Below are positions 51,936 to 64,000 of a stretch of 64,000 nt of DNA, piece after piece. Location: NCBI RefSeq assembly GCF_036321535.1, contig NC_087436.1:42410001-42474000 (forward strand), given 5' to 3'. The notes below the pieces were generated by a model. That model made no database searches. It was not told the DNA's origin and worked only from the letters and a program-made list of their open reading frames with translations. The position numbers were made by a program, and so were the translations under genes. Source of the DNA: Camelus dromedarius (Eukaryota). Position 1 is the first letter of the stretch, and the number at the start of each line of letters is the position of its first letter.

Positions 51936-52689
51936 GCAAAGAAAAGAAGGTATGTAGTTCAAAAATATAAGAACACCACAAAACTTTCTGCCTTTTCTGA
52001 GATCAAAATCTACTTTTACAAGTTCTGGTTTAGATTTAGGTGAACTGAGTCAGTCTCAATGGTCCTTCTTCTTTGAAAATTTTCACTTTTTACATTGCAA
52101 TGAAAGGAGTCTTTTTTTTTTTTTTTAATTTTCTCTTAAGAGGAATTAGAACATTTATGAGAAAAAGGAGGTAAAGTTGCCAGCTGACCTTGTCCTCCAA
52201 CCCTGTTCCAAGGGCAAGAATGGAGGATTCATGCCGGCTTCCTGACATCTGAACTGCTTTATGCCTGAATAATGAATTCTGAAAACAACCCACACTTTCT
52301 TTGTTACTTGTATTTTGTTTAAGAAAAAAAACATAAAAAGGAATAGGAAATCATTGTTTCCTTGATACTTTTCTGGACTTTGGCAGCACTGACAGGAGCA
52401 TGTGTTTCCTAACAAAAAACAGACACAATCTCAGGTGTTCTGTGTTTTGAAATGACAACTGAAGGTAAGGACAGGATTGCTAATCAGGACCCCAAGAGCA
52501 AAGGCTGTCAGTAAAGAGTGACTTTTGATGTGGAAGACAGGATTTGACTATTTCACATTATATACATGTTCTTTCTTCCAACGTTGACATCTTCTTTTTT
52601 GATAAAGAAATTGAATTTCTTTCATTCTGCTCTAGAAGCATATTTTCTTCATTTGATCTCACTGACGTAAACAAGGTTCCTGTGTGGAA

Positions 52690-53015
52690 CACAGTAATAT
52701 CTGTGACAAGCACCTGCCAAAATCCAGGAAGACAGAAGAGTGAGCAAAACAGATAGTAACTCTGCCTTCAGGGAGCACACAGGAAATAGGAGGAAAGGTG
52801 ATAAGCAAAATAAATAAAATACATAGTATGTTAGACAGCAATACATACTATGTAGAGAAAAAAACAGAAAAGGATATGAAAGGCTGGGGGCTGAAATTTT
52901 ACAAAGATGGTCAAGGAAGGCTTCTTAAAAAGAAAGTGACTTTTTAATAAAGAAAGTGGGAATGTGAATATTTGGGAAAGGGAATTTTAGGTAATGTAAC
53001 AGCATGTACAACAAC
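52690..53015 (-). mobile_element. L2 3' region
   Basis: gaagacagaagagtgagcaaaacagata…ctctgccttcagggagc…atggtcaaggaaggcttct…gaattttaggtaatgtaacagcatgtaca. Confidence 0.7.
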
Positions 53016-53027
53016 CAAATGGAAACT

Positions 53028-53681
53028 TGTGAAGCAGCCTAGCAGATGGGTAAGAGATTGTACTTATTTAGTGGTCCCACTGGAAGACACTCAAGTTACA
53101 AAACCTTGGGTAATTATTAGTTAAATCCATTTCACCTGCAACCTGCCTTCACTAATCAAGGTTGTTTTCATTGTTGCTATAACAGGCTTGCATGTCCCTC
53201 AAGTGGCACATAGTCTAAACAATAAGATGTTTGCCAGGGTTGTCTTCCAAGAACTTGGAGTGAGCTGTATCTAGTTGGAGCTGAGCCTGTTAAGATTAGA
53301 TAGTACTACCCACTCTCCAACTGGGCACATGTGAGTGTCCACTCCATAACCTTCTGTCAATCAGAGGACAGAAAACTCCAACCTCAGACTGTGCTAAGCG
53401 CCTCCATTTTTGAACGTGTGGAGGTTTGTAGTTTAGTTACCCTTACATAGAACATTTTTCCAATCACCTTTTGGGTGCTTCCCACTCTCAGACAGCCCTG
53501 TTTCTTTATTCTTTATCCCATAAATACCCAGAGCCCCTTTTGTTTGGGGAGGCAGATCTGAAACTTGTCCAACTGTCTCCTCACTTGGCTACCTTGTGAA
53601 GAAATCCTCTCTGCTGCAAACCTCGGTGTCCCAGCATTTTGGTTTGCTGTGTATTGGGCAAGATGAACCTGGTTCAGTAAT
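53028..53681 (+). mobile_element. ERV1 solo LTR (MER34/MER39-like)
   Basis: TATA-like cataaatacc, tttggggaggcagatctga…tgtctcctcacttggctacctt…tgctgcaaacctcggtgtc…gggcaagatgaacctggttcagtaa 3' end. Confidence 0.75.
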
Positions 53682-53795
53682 GGTCACACTAGTGAGGAGA
53701 TAGTAAGCTATATATTCTACTAAACCCCAAATACAGATATCTTTGGCAAGTTTCCTCTGTTGCAAGTAGCTCAGACATTTAAACAAGCTTAAATT

Positions 53796-53826
<31 letters not shown>

Positions 53827-54094
53827 GGAAATGTTTTGGAAGACCTCTAGAGTATTTCAAGAAACCAAGAGTAATGGGGCCACAACAAATGCCAATATGG
53901 AAGGGAAAACAAACAAACCAGTGACAGAATATTCATTACAAAAGACAAATCATCATCTAGACAAATTGTCACTGAAAGCCACCTCTCTTCTATCTAATTG
54001 CTTTCAGCTAAAGTGTGTTGAGTAGCTTCACCTATGACTGTGTTTGGCTTCTTTCTCCATTGCTACTTCTCTGAGCTGTGACCTCCTGGCTCCT

Positions 54095-54235
54095 AGTATA
54101 ATGGAACAAAGTTTGCATTCAGAATCAGAATTCCTGGATCTGAGTCTCATTTCCCCTTTTCCTACCCCTTTTCACTAGTGCACTTTAGGCAAGTTGCTTC
54201 ACTGTCTTAGATCTATTTATTCAATAACCACCATA
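54095..54235 (+). mobile_element. MIR fragment
   Basis: tagtataatggaa…gaatcagaattcctggatctgagtc…actttaggcaagttgcttcact. Confidence 0.55.
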
Positions 54236-54329
54236 ATATTTCCATTCAATTTCCCTTCAATTATAATATTTTATGGTTTTAGTAAATAAAAAAAGTTAAT
54301 TAATTGTGTTCCACTTAGAATCTACCCTT

Positions 54330-54740
54330 AACATGAGATCACTCAAGAAAAAGTGAGAGAATGAAAGGAGGACTGAAAATATTACCTTTGTGAAAACTTA
54401 TTTTTAGAGGGTAGAAGGAAAAGATGAGGAAGGTAGAGAAGAACCAGAGGAATAAAAATAATCACAGAAAGTAAGAGAAAGACACAGTTATTAAAAAAAA
54501 AAAAAAAAGCGATGGAGATCAGTAGTGTCTTCTGAGTAGATACGGAAGTCAGTCACTCAGAAATAACCATTAAAACTGGTGACAAGATTATCTGATGAGC
54601 AATGAGGAAAAACAGGCTTGGAGAGAGAAAGAGGGAATGAAGACTGGGTGCTAGAGATGGAGAAGCCAAATTGCAAAAAGATCTTAAAGTGAATGGGTGA
54701 TGATAGAAATGAACACCTATTTTTGAAAATTTGCTTTAAC
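54330..54740 (-). mobile_element. Degraded L2 fragment
   Basis: atgagatcactcaag…aaggtagagaagaaccagagg…atggagaagccaaattgc. Confidence 0.5.
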
Positions 54741-55694
54741 TTCTTTAAACTAATTGGAATACTGATCATAATCCTTTTGACAAACTCCTTTTTTTCAAAC
54801 ATGACTACAGTCTAATGGCAATAAGTATATTTCATGGGCAGAAGCCATGCATAATTAACAAATCCAGACAATGATATTGTGTGTTACCTATGATCTCTAA
54901 GACTTTTTTCCATATAATTGTGAAGATAGAAAAATTCCTAATGAGAAGGAGATGCTCTCTCATTGAAACTTTCTGTACCTTGAAAAGCAATCAAGGAGAT
55001 TAGTTTAAATAGCACCTTCCCTGCTGTACTCAGTGTGGTGGACATCTTGTTATGTGATCAGGATACACGTACTATGTTATTACCCCCCTAGGATATCATT
55101 ATTTTTAAGTATGAGGAATTGAAAGATAATAAGCTCTTCACTTCTCCTGAAATTCCACAGCTTCACATAATCAGAAGGTTCAGGGTTTTTAGTTATTTAT
55201 TTGAAAGAGAAAAGAAAATGACTTTTTAATAATTGGATTTATCAGCTCTAAAGTCAAGTGGGTACAAAATCCAGGGGTAGCTAGTGCAATGCAATAGATA
55301 ATCCTCCATTTTTATTTTCCAAACCAAAGGCATTTATAAGTTTATTCAAGCATGTAATGGTTATGGGATTCATTTTTTTCTCCTAAAATGGATTATATTT
55401 CATAACAACACCATTAAGATCTCTCTGTTTGTATCTTGATCAAACCAGATTTATTATTTTTCCCACTTATATATAAAGAGGTAGATTTGGGCTTCATAAA
55501 AAAAAAAAGAAAGCTCTACAGGTTTGTATTTATTTTAAATACCAGGTTTAGGAAAAAAATTCACCAAACGTTTAAATAAAAGCATAGAATCTAATCCTTT
55601 CTTCGTCATTTCCTTATCCTTTCTATTCTTTCTCTGTCATCCTCAAGCTGGATGGAGTCATAATATTTTTATAACTATAAGTGAATTTAATAAT

Positions 55695-55832
55695 CCAGTT
55701 ATAGATTTTTTATGAAATCCTTTGAGAAAGATATGTTACAAATACTGTTCCTAGAAAAATGCATAAGCACACATAAAAATAACGTTTGCATACAATCTCA
55801 GGGTTCTCCAAATCCCAGGATAAGAACCCTAG
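55695..55832. mobile_element. hAT-Charlie MITE (Charlie4z-like)
   Basis: cctttgagaa…cctagaaaaatgcat…tttgcatacaatctcaggg…cccaggataagaaccc. Confidence 0.6.
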
Positions 55833-56099
55833 ACCTAATCCAACCCTGTAATATTTATAAATAAATAAAGTCTCTAGAAGGATACTTTTTCCAGACAATC
55901 ACACAATTTTCCAACATCAATACAACTGATAGGTAGCATGGTGGAAATTCAAAGCTGTGTGTGCAAACAACCTATTCAACACTCTTTTCCCATAAGCATG
56001 TTCCATACAAAATTAATTATAATTATTCAGTAAGTTTTAGCCATATCCAGAGTAGAGTCCACACAAGAGACTGAGATCGATGCACAAGGAAGTCAATAG

Positions 56100-56310
56100 A
56101 GAGGAGCTTCTGGAGCCAAGCAGGCCTGACACACCAGCGGTGTGACCCCGGACTGGGGATTATCTGATACAAATACCATCTGCTCAAGAGGCATAGCTCT
56201 AAAACCTACCTAATGGGGCTTTTGGAGAATTACACATGCTAATAGATGAAAAGAGTTCATCAATGTGCTTGGAACATAATAGTAAATAGGTAAGTTAGCT
56301 AGTAGTAGAA
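56100..56310 (+). mobile_element. MIR SINE
   Basis: ttctggagcca…gtgtgacc…acctacctaatggggcttttggagaatta…gtgcttggaacata. Confidence 0.55.
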
Positions 56311-56790
56311 CTACTATTACTAGGTTATTTGGAAGTTAAATTGGCAGGAGCCCCTGCCTTCAAGGATTACCAGGTTGATTAGGTTACGTATAACTTTTAA
56401 CAACACAAGCCATTAACAAGAGCTATGACAAGTTCTCTAACTTCCAGTCCTAATATTTACAGGGTTCTAAGAATGGTACTTCAAGCCCCTTGGAGTTTGG
56501 TTCAGGTGTCTGAGGTGAGCATGTATGAATACACCTGTTTATTTCTTTTTAGGCTTACAATTTTAATTCAAGAATCAGTCACCAGATGAGCAGTTATGGC
56601 TTTACGCTATAGCTATATGACCGTGCGTCCAAGTTTCCTCACATTTTTAGATAAGTAAGAGCCACTGTAAGCTAACAACCTGTATTTTTACTATTAAAAA
56701 AAAATAGCAAAACATTATGGCCAATCATTTTAAATAAACATAATCTATGGCAAGATTTTATAATTCAAACACTGGCTTTTGTGGCTATCC

Positions 56791-57186
56791 TGCTTTAAAA
56801 GCAGATAGCCCCCTCACCCAAAATTTGGTTCATGTCAAGGCCAACGACATCACACACATCAGGAGGGTATGAAGTGGTTTGTTAGTTACATAATTAAGGC
56901 TTTTCTGAGCAGAGCAGGGTGGGCTTCCCAAGTAAGCCTGAAATGGCTTGTGAGAGCAGAAAGAAACAGGGAGGGTTGGGGGTTTTAACGCAATTGGGGA
57001 GTGGGGCCGGGTGCCTTCCCATATATGGGCAGGAGCTTCTATGGTTTGAATCAACAGGAACAAAGGAGGGAGCACCTGGGCTTCCTTATCAGCTTGCCCA
57101 GAGCTGGGGCACAGAGGAAAAGATACGGTGGGCTTAAAAGCTGTCAACAGTAACATTTCAAAAAAGGGAGTCAGTCTTTATTACTC
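56791..57186 (-). mobile_element. LTR47-like ERVL solo LTR
   Basis: cacccaaaatttggtt…gagggtatgaagtggttt…caaaggagggagcacctgggcttccttatcagcttgcccag…gcttaaaagctgtca…ggagtcagtctttattac. Confidence 0.75.
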
Positions 57187-59319
57187 TATGTATGGTGAGG
57201 CATCATCACAGTAAAATTAACCATTATCAGTGCTTAACCACTTTCAATAGGTTATTCTAATCCTATTGAGAGAAAACATGAAACTCATCTGGGTGCCTGA
57301 AGCCTCCTTTGGAACAGTCTCAACTGTCAGGGCCACATAAGCTAACAATTCTACTGAAACTTAAGTTTCTTACAGCCAAACTAGGCTCTGTTTTTGCAAG
57401 TGCTTTAGCTACGTTTCTGCAAGAGGAAGAAGCTGACCATTTGCAACTATCCCCTCATATAATCAGGGAAAATAAGGAACAGCAAAAATGATGGCTATGC
57501 TTGGCATATTCATTTATGACTATCTTTTTCTAATCAACAACAGATTTTGCTCACATTTCAAGGATTTAAAATTCAGTAGATTTAACTTCTTATCAAATTA
57601 TATAGATTCATCTAAGTTTATTTCTACTTTTAAAAGTGCCAGATACTTTTTCTTGCTGAACATATTAAAAATAGCATGCATAGCTGCACAACAAAGAGAT
57701 GGCAACTGTGAATAACAGTGATAGACAATAGTTTCTTCCCACTCTAAGTGTCAAATGACCATATGGTACACAACATACATGTTTTAGGGCCTCAGAAGAG
57801 ACACAAACTTGCTTGAAATGGACTGAACAGGGGAGATCTGAAAGAAGATTTAGAGACAGTCAATGGAATGAGGTGGAGGAAATTTCAGATAAGGAGTGAA
57901 GCATAACACTTACATGCATGGGTAAGTGAAAATATAAGACCCCCAGTTTGAAAGCAATATATGTATGTATACCTGTGTTTTAAGTATACTAGCACTTAAG
58001 TTCTAGCATAAAATAACAGCAGAAAGTAACTATCTTTTCCTTACATAATTCAAAGACCATGTATATTCTTTACATTATAGAGAAAATCCTTTTTGAAAAA
58101 GTCATTAGAAATCAGCTGAAATTGCCATATCTGCTCAAAAACAAAATCTACAGAACAAAAATACTACATGAGAACTATGAAAGTTATAGAGATTTCACAA
58201 GCACTTTTGAGACTAAAGAAAGGCTATTAAATTTATAGCACAGGTAGAAGAGAAAGGCTACCTGGGAATTAAGCAGGCTCCCTAGAGAACAGTAAAATCT
58301 GTCAAGAATCATGTCTGTTTGAATTCAACCTCACATTGGTGGTGCTTAAGCTAGTGCCTGAAACATAGTAGGTGATCAATAATTTTTTAATGAATTAATA
58401 AATGAGTTTTCTTGGGAATAAGTGCAAAAGGCTTGGCACTGTATAATACTGAGCTAATAAAACCTCTTGCAGAATCTGGTTAGAGTCTAAATTCAATTCA
58501 AATCCTTTCAAAAATGAACTATGTGTCTGCAACCTGCCAGTCATTTTAATTAGAAGACAAGCCACTCCCATTAGAAGGTGATCTTATTCTTGAAAATAGT
58601 AAATTACTGTTATGATAAAAGCATTATTCTGAGAAAATGCACTGTGTGAACACGGGAACTATTGGAATTTGTTTCCAGTCTAGAAGTGCAGGTGTTTTGT
58701 GTGTATTAGTATTCAGGCAAGACTGCTATCAAGAAAACGGAGAACAGAAAGTTCTCTTCAGCACACTAAGTGGAACATATTATTACCAAAGGAAGTTCCT
58801 TCCCTTTGCTTTAGAATTATTTTTCAATGGGGTTTATTATTCCCTGTGTAGTGTATAAATCACACAAATTCATTTCAGAAAATCTGAAGTAAACTCCTCA
58901 AAAATATAGTTAAGATGGAAACTCATAATCCCTTATCTCTGAGATAGCTGCCATAGACACATAATTACATATATTATATAGATAGCATGTATATAGTATT
59001 TATAATTATCAAAGCCAAATATTGAAAGTGAGTCTACCAAATCTCTACATTCAGTCTTCCCATCCACCCTCTCCCCAACCATATGTGCCAGCTTTGGCTG
59101 ATACAGTCTGTTATTTTCAGGTATTATTCTCTGGGTCCAGGGGCATTCATCAATCACAATCCTTCTCACCAAAGGGGTTAACACACTAAGAAATACACAC
59201 AGGAGCTGTATAGGAACTAGAATGTGGTGTTAACTTTATTTTCCAAAGTATACAGTTTTTTGGTAAAACTAACTTTGAGAACACAGCTTGACTGAAAGAC
59301 CAAAATGGAACACTTTGAT

Positions 59320-59590
59320 TCATTTAGTCAAAAAGTACTTACAGAGATATGCCAGGAACTATCCTAAGCACTGAGAGTCGAGCAGTTAACTTACATTCTT
59401 ACAGAGCTTACATTCTAGGGAAGAGACAGACAATGAGAAATAATAAACTATATGGCATATCCAGGAATGGGTATTTTGCTATCTTAAGTAGGGAGGTTTG
59501 AAAGGTCTCTTATAAAAGGGACATTTGAGCAAAGGCATGAAATAGCATTCCAGGTAGAGGGAACAGTGAAAGCAGAGGCCCTAGGCTGAC
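59320..59590 (-). mobile_element. L2 3' region
   Basis: tcatttagtc…atgccaggaactatcctaagcactg…gagcttacattctaggg…gcattccaggtagagggaacag…aggccctagg. Confidence 0.7.
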
Positions 59591-61639
59591 ACATACCTGG
59601 TTTTTGACCTGTCTTTCTGAATTGGATTGCTTTACCTATATACCTGGGGACCCACAGCCTACTACAGTGGGGCACAGAGCAGCATCACAATTCCTGCCCT
59701 TCCCACTCAGCCACTGAATCTTGCTTCATTCTAGTGCACGGCTTATAGGAAAAGGAGCAGAGAAATGGTTATGTTTTACCTGTACTCTATATAGAGTAAG
59801 AATCAGGATCTAAGGCTACGCTGGAAAAATGTCCTTTTATCCAATCTTACCAAGTACAAAAAGGCATCTCCCTTCCCATGGAAATGAGACAAACATAGGA
59901 AAAGAGATAGGAATCAGAAGTGACCCCCAAAGTTAAGAATTAAATGTGATTCCCTTTACCTCTGAATGTGCAGAATGAATAATAAGTGTCTTCCTATTTT
60001 AACATTATTTCATATTATATATCTTCTTCAGATATTCTAAAGTAATTGACTTTTTTATTCTAAGTCAGCATGAGTAAAACTCTCTCTGAAATAAGAGAAT
60101 TACTCCTACTATCTTCCCTGTGACTATTGTTCAACCACTTGGGTTACTCAGTTGTACTAAATAAATATGTGAATAATTCTCTACATAGAGAATAAAATCT
60201 TCGCAAAAATCTGAGATTCCTTTTCAAATGTCAACAGTTACCCACATCCTTTTTATGAGAAGTTATTTTTCACTTTTTTGAATGCAGTTGAAAAGTGAGA
60301 GAAAGGGGCTGCTGAGCACTGACTCAGAACTCACTGACTGTAAAAAGAGTCAGATGTGGATAAAGTATGTCCTTTAACCAATCTGGGAAGGAGCCAATAT
60401 TGTGGGCTCTACTTTCTTCTCCATTTGGAATCTGAGCAAGCCAAAGAGAAACAGACATAGATGGGATGAATAGAAGATCATGTATGTGTCCATTTTGATA
60501 ATTTTGATGAAAAAATAATTAGCATTCCAAAATAACCAACTATGCAATCAACACATATCTCCAAGGAAACTCACAATTTAGCATTTCAAAATGTTTGAAC
60601 AATTATAGAGTCAATTTTCTGTACTAATCACCAGTTTTCATACAGATAACTTCAGAATAATTCTGAACATCAAATGTGGTAGATAGGAAATTGGACTTCT
60701 CATTAAACTAATGTAGTTAACTGTATCTAGTCCTAGAAGAACATTTACTCACAAAAGAAACACTCTAGGCTACATCATTTTATGTACCATTTCAGCTCTA
60801 GTTCCTAAGAGGAATTTTTTTTTCAATAAAGAAAGGAATTCAAGTAATGTTGAAACATTCTTTAGACAGCAAATTGTCAAATTAGAAATGAGCCTTGTTC
60901 ATCTCATTTTATGGAAACTGAATGATGTTATCTCCTAAAAAGCATCCTGAAAGCATGTTTTCAGAAATCCTTGGGAAAGAGTTGTCTAAGCCCATATCCA
61001 TGACTCTCTTTCTCTCCCTATCCTGTCAGAGACGGCTCAACTTGTATTTTGCGTGAAACTTATTCCTGGAAAATAATAGGGCTCCTAGGCACATCTGAAG
61101 CTTCCATTCTAGAGAGAAGAGGGCGGTCAATGCCAGGAGATGTTAGCATTAGAATGCCCCTGCCTCCTACCCCACAGGAGGACTCAGGTTCAGAGGTCTG
61201 AGAGACGGTGTTCCTCCCCAACAGCATCCGAGCAAAGATTTCTGACCTCACAGCTGCCAGCGTGTTCCAGCTCAGAATGCTGAACAGATTTCTTACCACA
61301 TACAGGTGAACCACTCAGCCTGCTCACAATATGTATGCCATTGGATTATTTCTTGATCAAACAAGCAAGTGCTTACAACAATAGTAAAGCAGGGATTATG
61401 GGAAAATTAAAACATTAATAGTACTTGATGATCAATTTTAAAGTATCTTATGAGGACCACAACATGGTTGGATTTTCTTATGCTTATTATTTTTATTGGG
61501 GATTATATATAGTGTAAGAAGTTAGACCAAACCAAGTGTTCAGAAAAGTGATTTCCATTGAGGATGTATTTAGCTGGAAAAATAAAAGACAATCTTGAAT
61601 GAGCTGTAATGTAAATTCTTCAGATTTTACAACACAGCA

Positions 61640-62280
61640 AAATGAACAATCAGAACTACAAAAGAAATAAAGTTTTAGGAAAGAGAAATATGTTTTCAAA
61701 ATTTTTAATTTTAATAATGAAACTTAAAAATGCTGTAAATCAAATTGTATCTTGGGATGTCAAGGGAAAGCATAAAGCCGAAACAACAGAAGCCACAGAT
61801 GAAAAGATAAGAGACATGGAACTAATTCAGGGCTTCCTAAAAACACGCAGGGCTAGCTGGGCAAGAAGCAATAATCAAACAGATAATGGAAGAAAACTTG
61901 CCTGACAAATAGATTTAAATCAACTAGAAAGGCTCACTGAGTTTGAAATAGGGTTAATTTCAAAAGTGGTAGCTAAGGAATTTGCTGAATAACAGAGATA
62001 AAAAGAAAATATTATAAGCCTACAGGTAGAAATAATAGATTACTTACAGAAAAAAGAAAATCAAAACAGCACCAAATTTCTCAGGTAAGCAAAGAAAATA
62101 GATTGCCAGAGGAAGGAACCGTGATCCATGAATTATATCCTAGCTATTTTTTATTCTTATACAAAGCAAAAGACATACATTTGGGGACATGCAAGGAAGC
62201 TAAAATTACTTCACTTTCATAATAATTCTAAGTAACTGAGAAAGTTCGGAAGAGTGAAAATTAAACCAAGGCAGAGATCT
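61640..62280 (+). mobile_element. Ancient L1/HAL1 ORF1 remnant
   Basis: gaaaagataagagacatgga; ataatggaagaaaacttgcctga; gaaaggctcactgag; agagataaaaagaaaatattataagc; catgaattatatcctagc. Confidence 0.6.
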
Positions 62281-62289
62281 CTATCAGAG

Positions 62290-62462
62290 TGTCTTAAACT
62301 GCTTGGGCTGCCATAACAAAATACCAGAGGCGAGGGGCTGGTTTTCTTACAGTTCTGGAGGTTGGACATCTGAGATCAGGGTGCCAGCATGGTTGCTTTG
62401 TATAGAGATGGCTCTCTTCCTGAGATGCTGCCTTCTCTCTGTGTCCTCACATGGCAGAGAGC
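62290..62462 (-). mobile_element. MLT1A-type LTR, 3' half
   Basis: tgtctta…gggctgccataacaaaatacc…cagttctggaggttgg…tctgagatcagggtgccagcatggt…ctctgtgtcctcacatggc. Confidence 0.85.
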
Positions 62463-63480
62463 AGGAAAGTAGCCATCTATAAGCCAGTAAGAGAGTTATC
62501 ACCAGAACTGACCATGCTGCAACCCTGATCTCGGATTTCCAGCCTCAAGAACTATGAAAAAATTAAGTTTTGTTATTTAAGACACTCAGTCTGGGGTATT
62601 TTGTTATGGAAGCCTAACCGGACTAAGACGGCTTTCGGTACTGGGAGCAGGGTAACAAATACCTAAAAATGTGGAAATGGCTTTGGAACTAGATAATCAG
62701 TAGAGGCTGGAAGAGTTTTGAGTGCATACTAGAAATATGTACATTAAGTGAAATTCTGGTAAGGTCTCAGACATAAGAGAGGAATATGCTACTGGAAACT
62801 GGAGGAAAGGTGATCCTTATTACAAAGTGGTGAGTATTACTTGGCTGAACTGTGTTCTAGTATGTTTTGTTCTAAACTTGCGACTGATAAAAGTTGGATA
62901 TTTAGCTGAGGCGATTTCTAAGCAAAGTGTTGAAGGTGTGGCTTGACCCCTTCTGACTGCTTATAGTAAAATACAAAAGGAGAGAAATGAATTGAAGAAT
63001 TGTTAAGCAAAAGGGAATCAGAACTTAAAGGTTTAGTGAATTCTCAGCCTATCCACACTGAAAAAAAAAAAAAAGAAATGTGTTCTGAAGGGAATACTAA
63101 GAGAGTGGCTAAACAACCATTTGATTAAAAGATCATCTGTGCAATTTATAAACTTAATCAGCTATCTCAACAGAAGTCAAGATAGAAAAAGGATTACACC
63201 AGTAGAGATACTGCCAGTTTGAACCAAAGAGGGCAGAGAAGGCAGGACAGAATTTTAAAAAGCTATCAGACTTCTTGGATTTCACACGACAGGACCATAG
63301 AGCTATTCATTTCCAAATGTATGCTATTCTTCATGAGAAAGGAAGAAAGACCCAAAAGTGATTCAGAGATTACAAGGGCTGCTACTTTCACCACAGCCCC
63401 AGAGTGCACAGGCCTGGGGGAGCAAGGCTAATTCCAACTCAGTTTCAAAGGGCAACTCACCATCCAGCAGAGCTACAAGG
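62463..63480 (+). mobile_element. MLT1A-type LTR 3' half (to 62630) followed by MaLR internal sequence
   Basis: gccatctataagcca…accatgctgcaaccctgatctcggatttccagcctc…ggtattttgttatgg…gactaagac then ggtac…taacaaatacctaaaaatgtggaaatggctttggaact…agaggctggaagagttttgag…tggaggaaaggtgatcct…tttctaagcaaagtgttgaagg. Confidence 0.88.
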
Positions 63481-64000
63481 GGGGGACCACTGAACAAAGT
63501 AAGAAGCAGTGATAAATCCCCTGAGATTATTCCCATGGCTTCTAAGGAGCCCCTCCATCTCCTTGCTTTGCCTCCAGTTGGTGAACTTAGATTTTTTTTT
63601 TTTCCCTTAGTGTAAGCATGGTTGTTTTCTTTTGTTTTTTTATGAAGCTTTCATGCCAAGTCTCTTGAAACATGCCTGATAGTTGCTGAAATAGTAGGCT
63701 CCTTCTATAGTGGTTCACAACTCTTCCAGCACATTGGTAGGCTGCTGGAACGATGTGGGAAGTCAGATGGTATTCCTTGCTGGCATCATTCTATTCACTG
63801 CCCTAAGATATCTCCTTCTTTAAGTGTCCACTAATGTATTCTTATTTCCCATTTCTAGTTGGTATTTTTAACATATGTTAAAACAATCTCAAGGGCTCTC
63901 CTTTCCATTTGGGTTGCAGAGAACGAGTATCCACTAGGTATCAAAAGTTTAATACAGCATCAAGTGTAGGCTTTATCTTAGACCCTATGATGAGCAAATA

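Noticed and set aside
61060..61314. 84-aa minus-strand ORF in moderately GC-rich unique DNA
   Set aside because: GTG start, no recognisable protein similarity, no convincing splice-site pair.

Overview
AT-rich mammalian genomic DNA, intergenic or deep-intronic. I could not recognise any cellular protein-coding exon, RNA gene or CRISPR array; the listed ORFs are either LINE-1 remnants or chance ORFs. The repeat content suggests a cetartiodactyl, most likely a camelid (inference from recalled consensus sequences): MIR, L2, MER5, MLT1, ERVL/ERV1 solo LTRs, an internally deleted Tigger1, old L1M elements and a young non-primate, non-ruminant L1, with no Alu, B1, Bov-A/BovB, PRE-1 or Can-SINE seen. 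The most notable structure is a ~3.05-kb young L1 derivative on the minus strand (11449-14493). It has a complete 5'UTR with a YY1 site, ORF1, only the last 123 codons of ORF2, a 3'UTR/polyA and a 12-bp target-site duplication at a TTTT/AA site, so it resembles a 'half-L1' (ORF1-only) element. About 700 bp away lies an inverted, tail-less 0.8-kb piece of the ORF2 region that this element lacks. Other observations: a repeat-free island (~21.4-22.5 kb) containing a candidate exon whose 5' splice site lies in one of two mutually exclusive RNA hairpins; a head-to-head MLT1A fold-back; and a nested L1 cluster in the first 8 kb. Subfamily names are from memory and need RepeatMasker/Dfam confirmation. 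Boundaries of old repeats are approximate.
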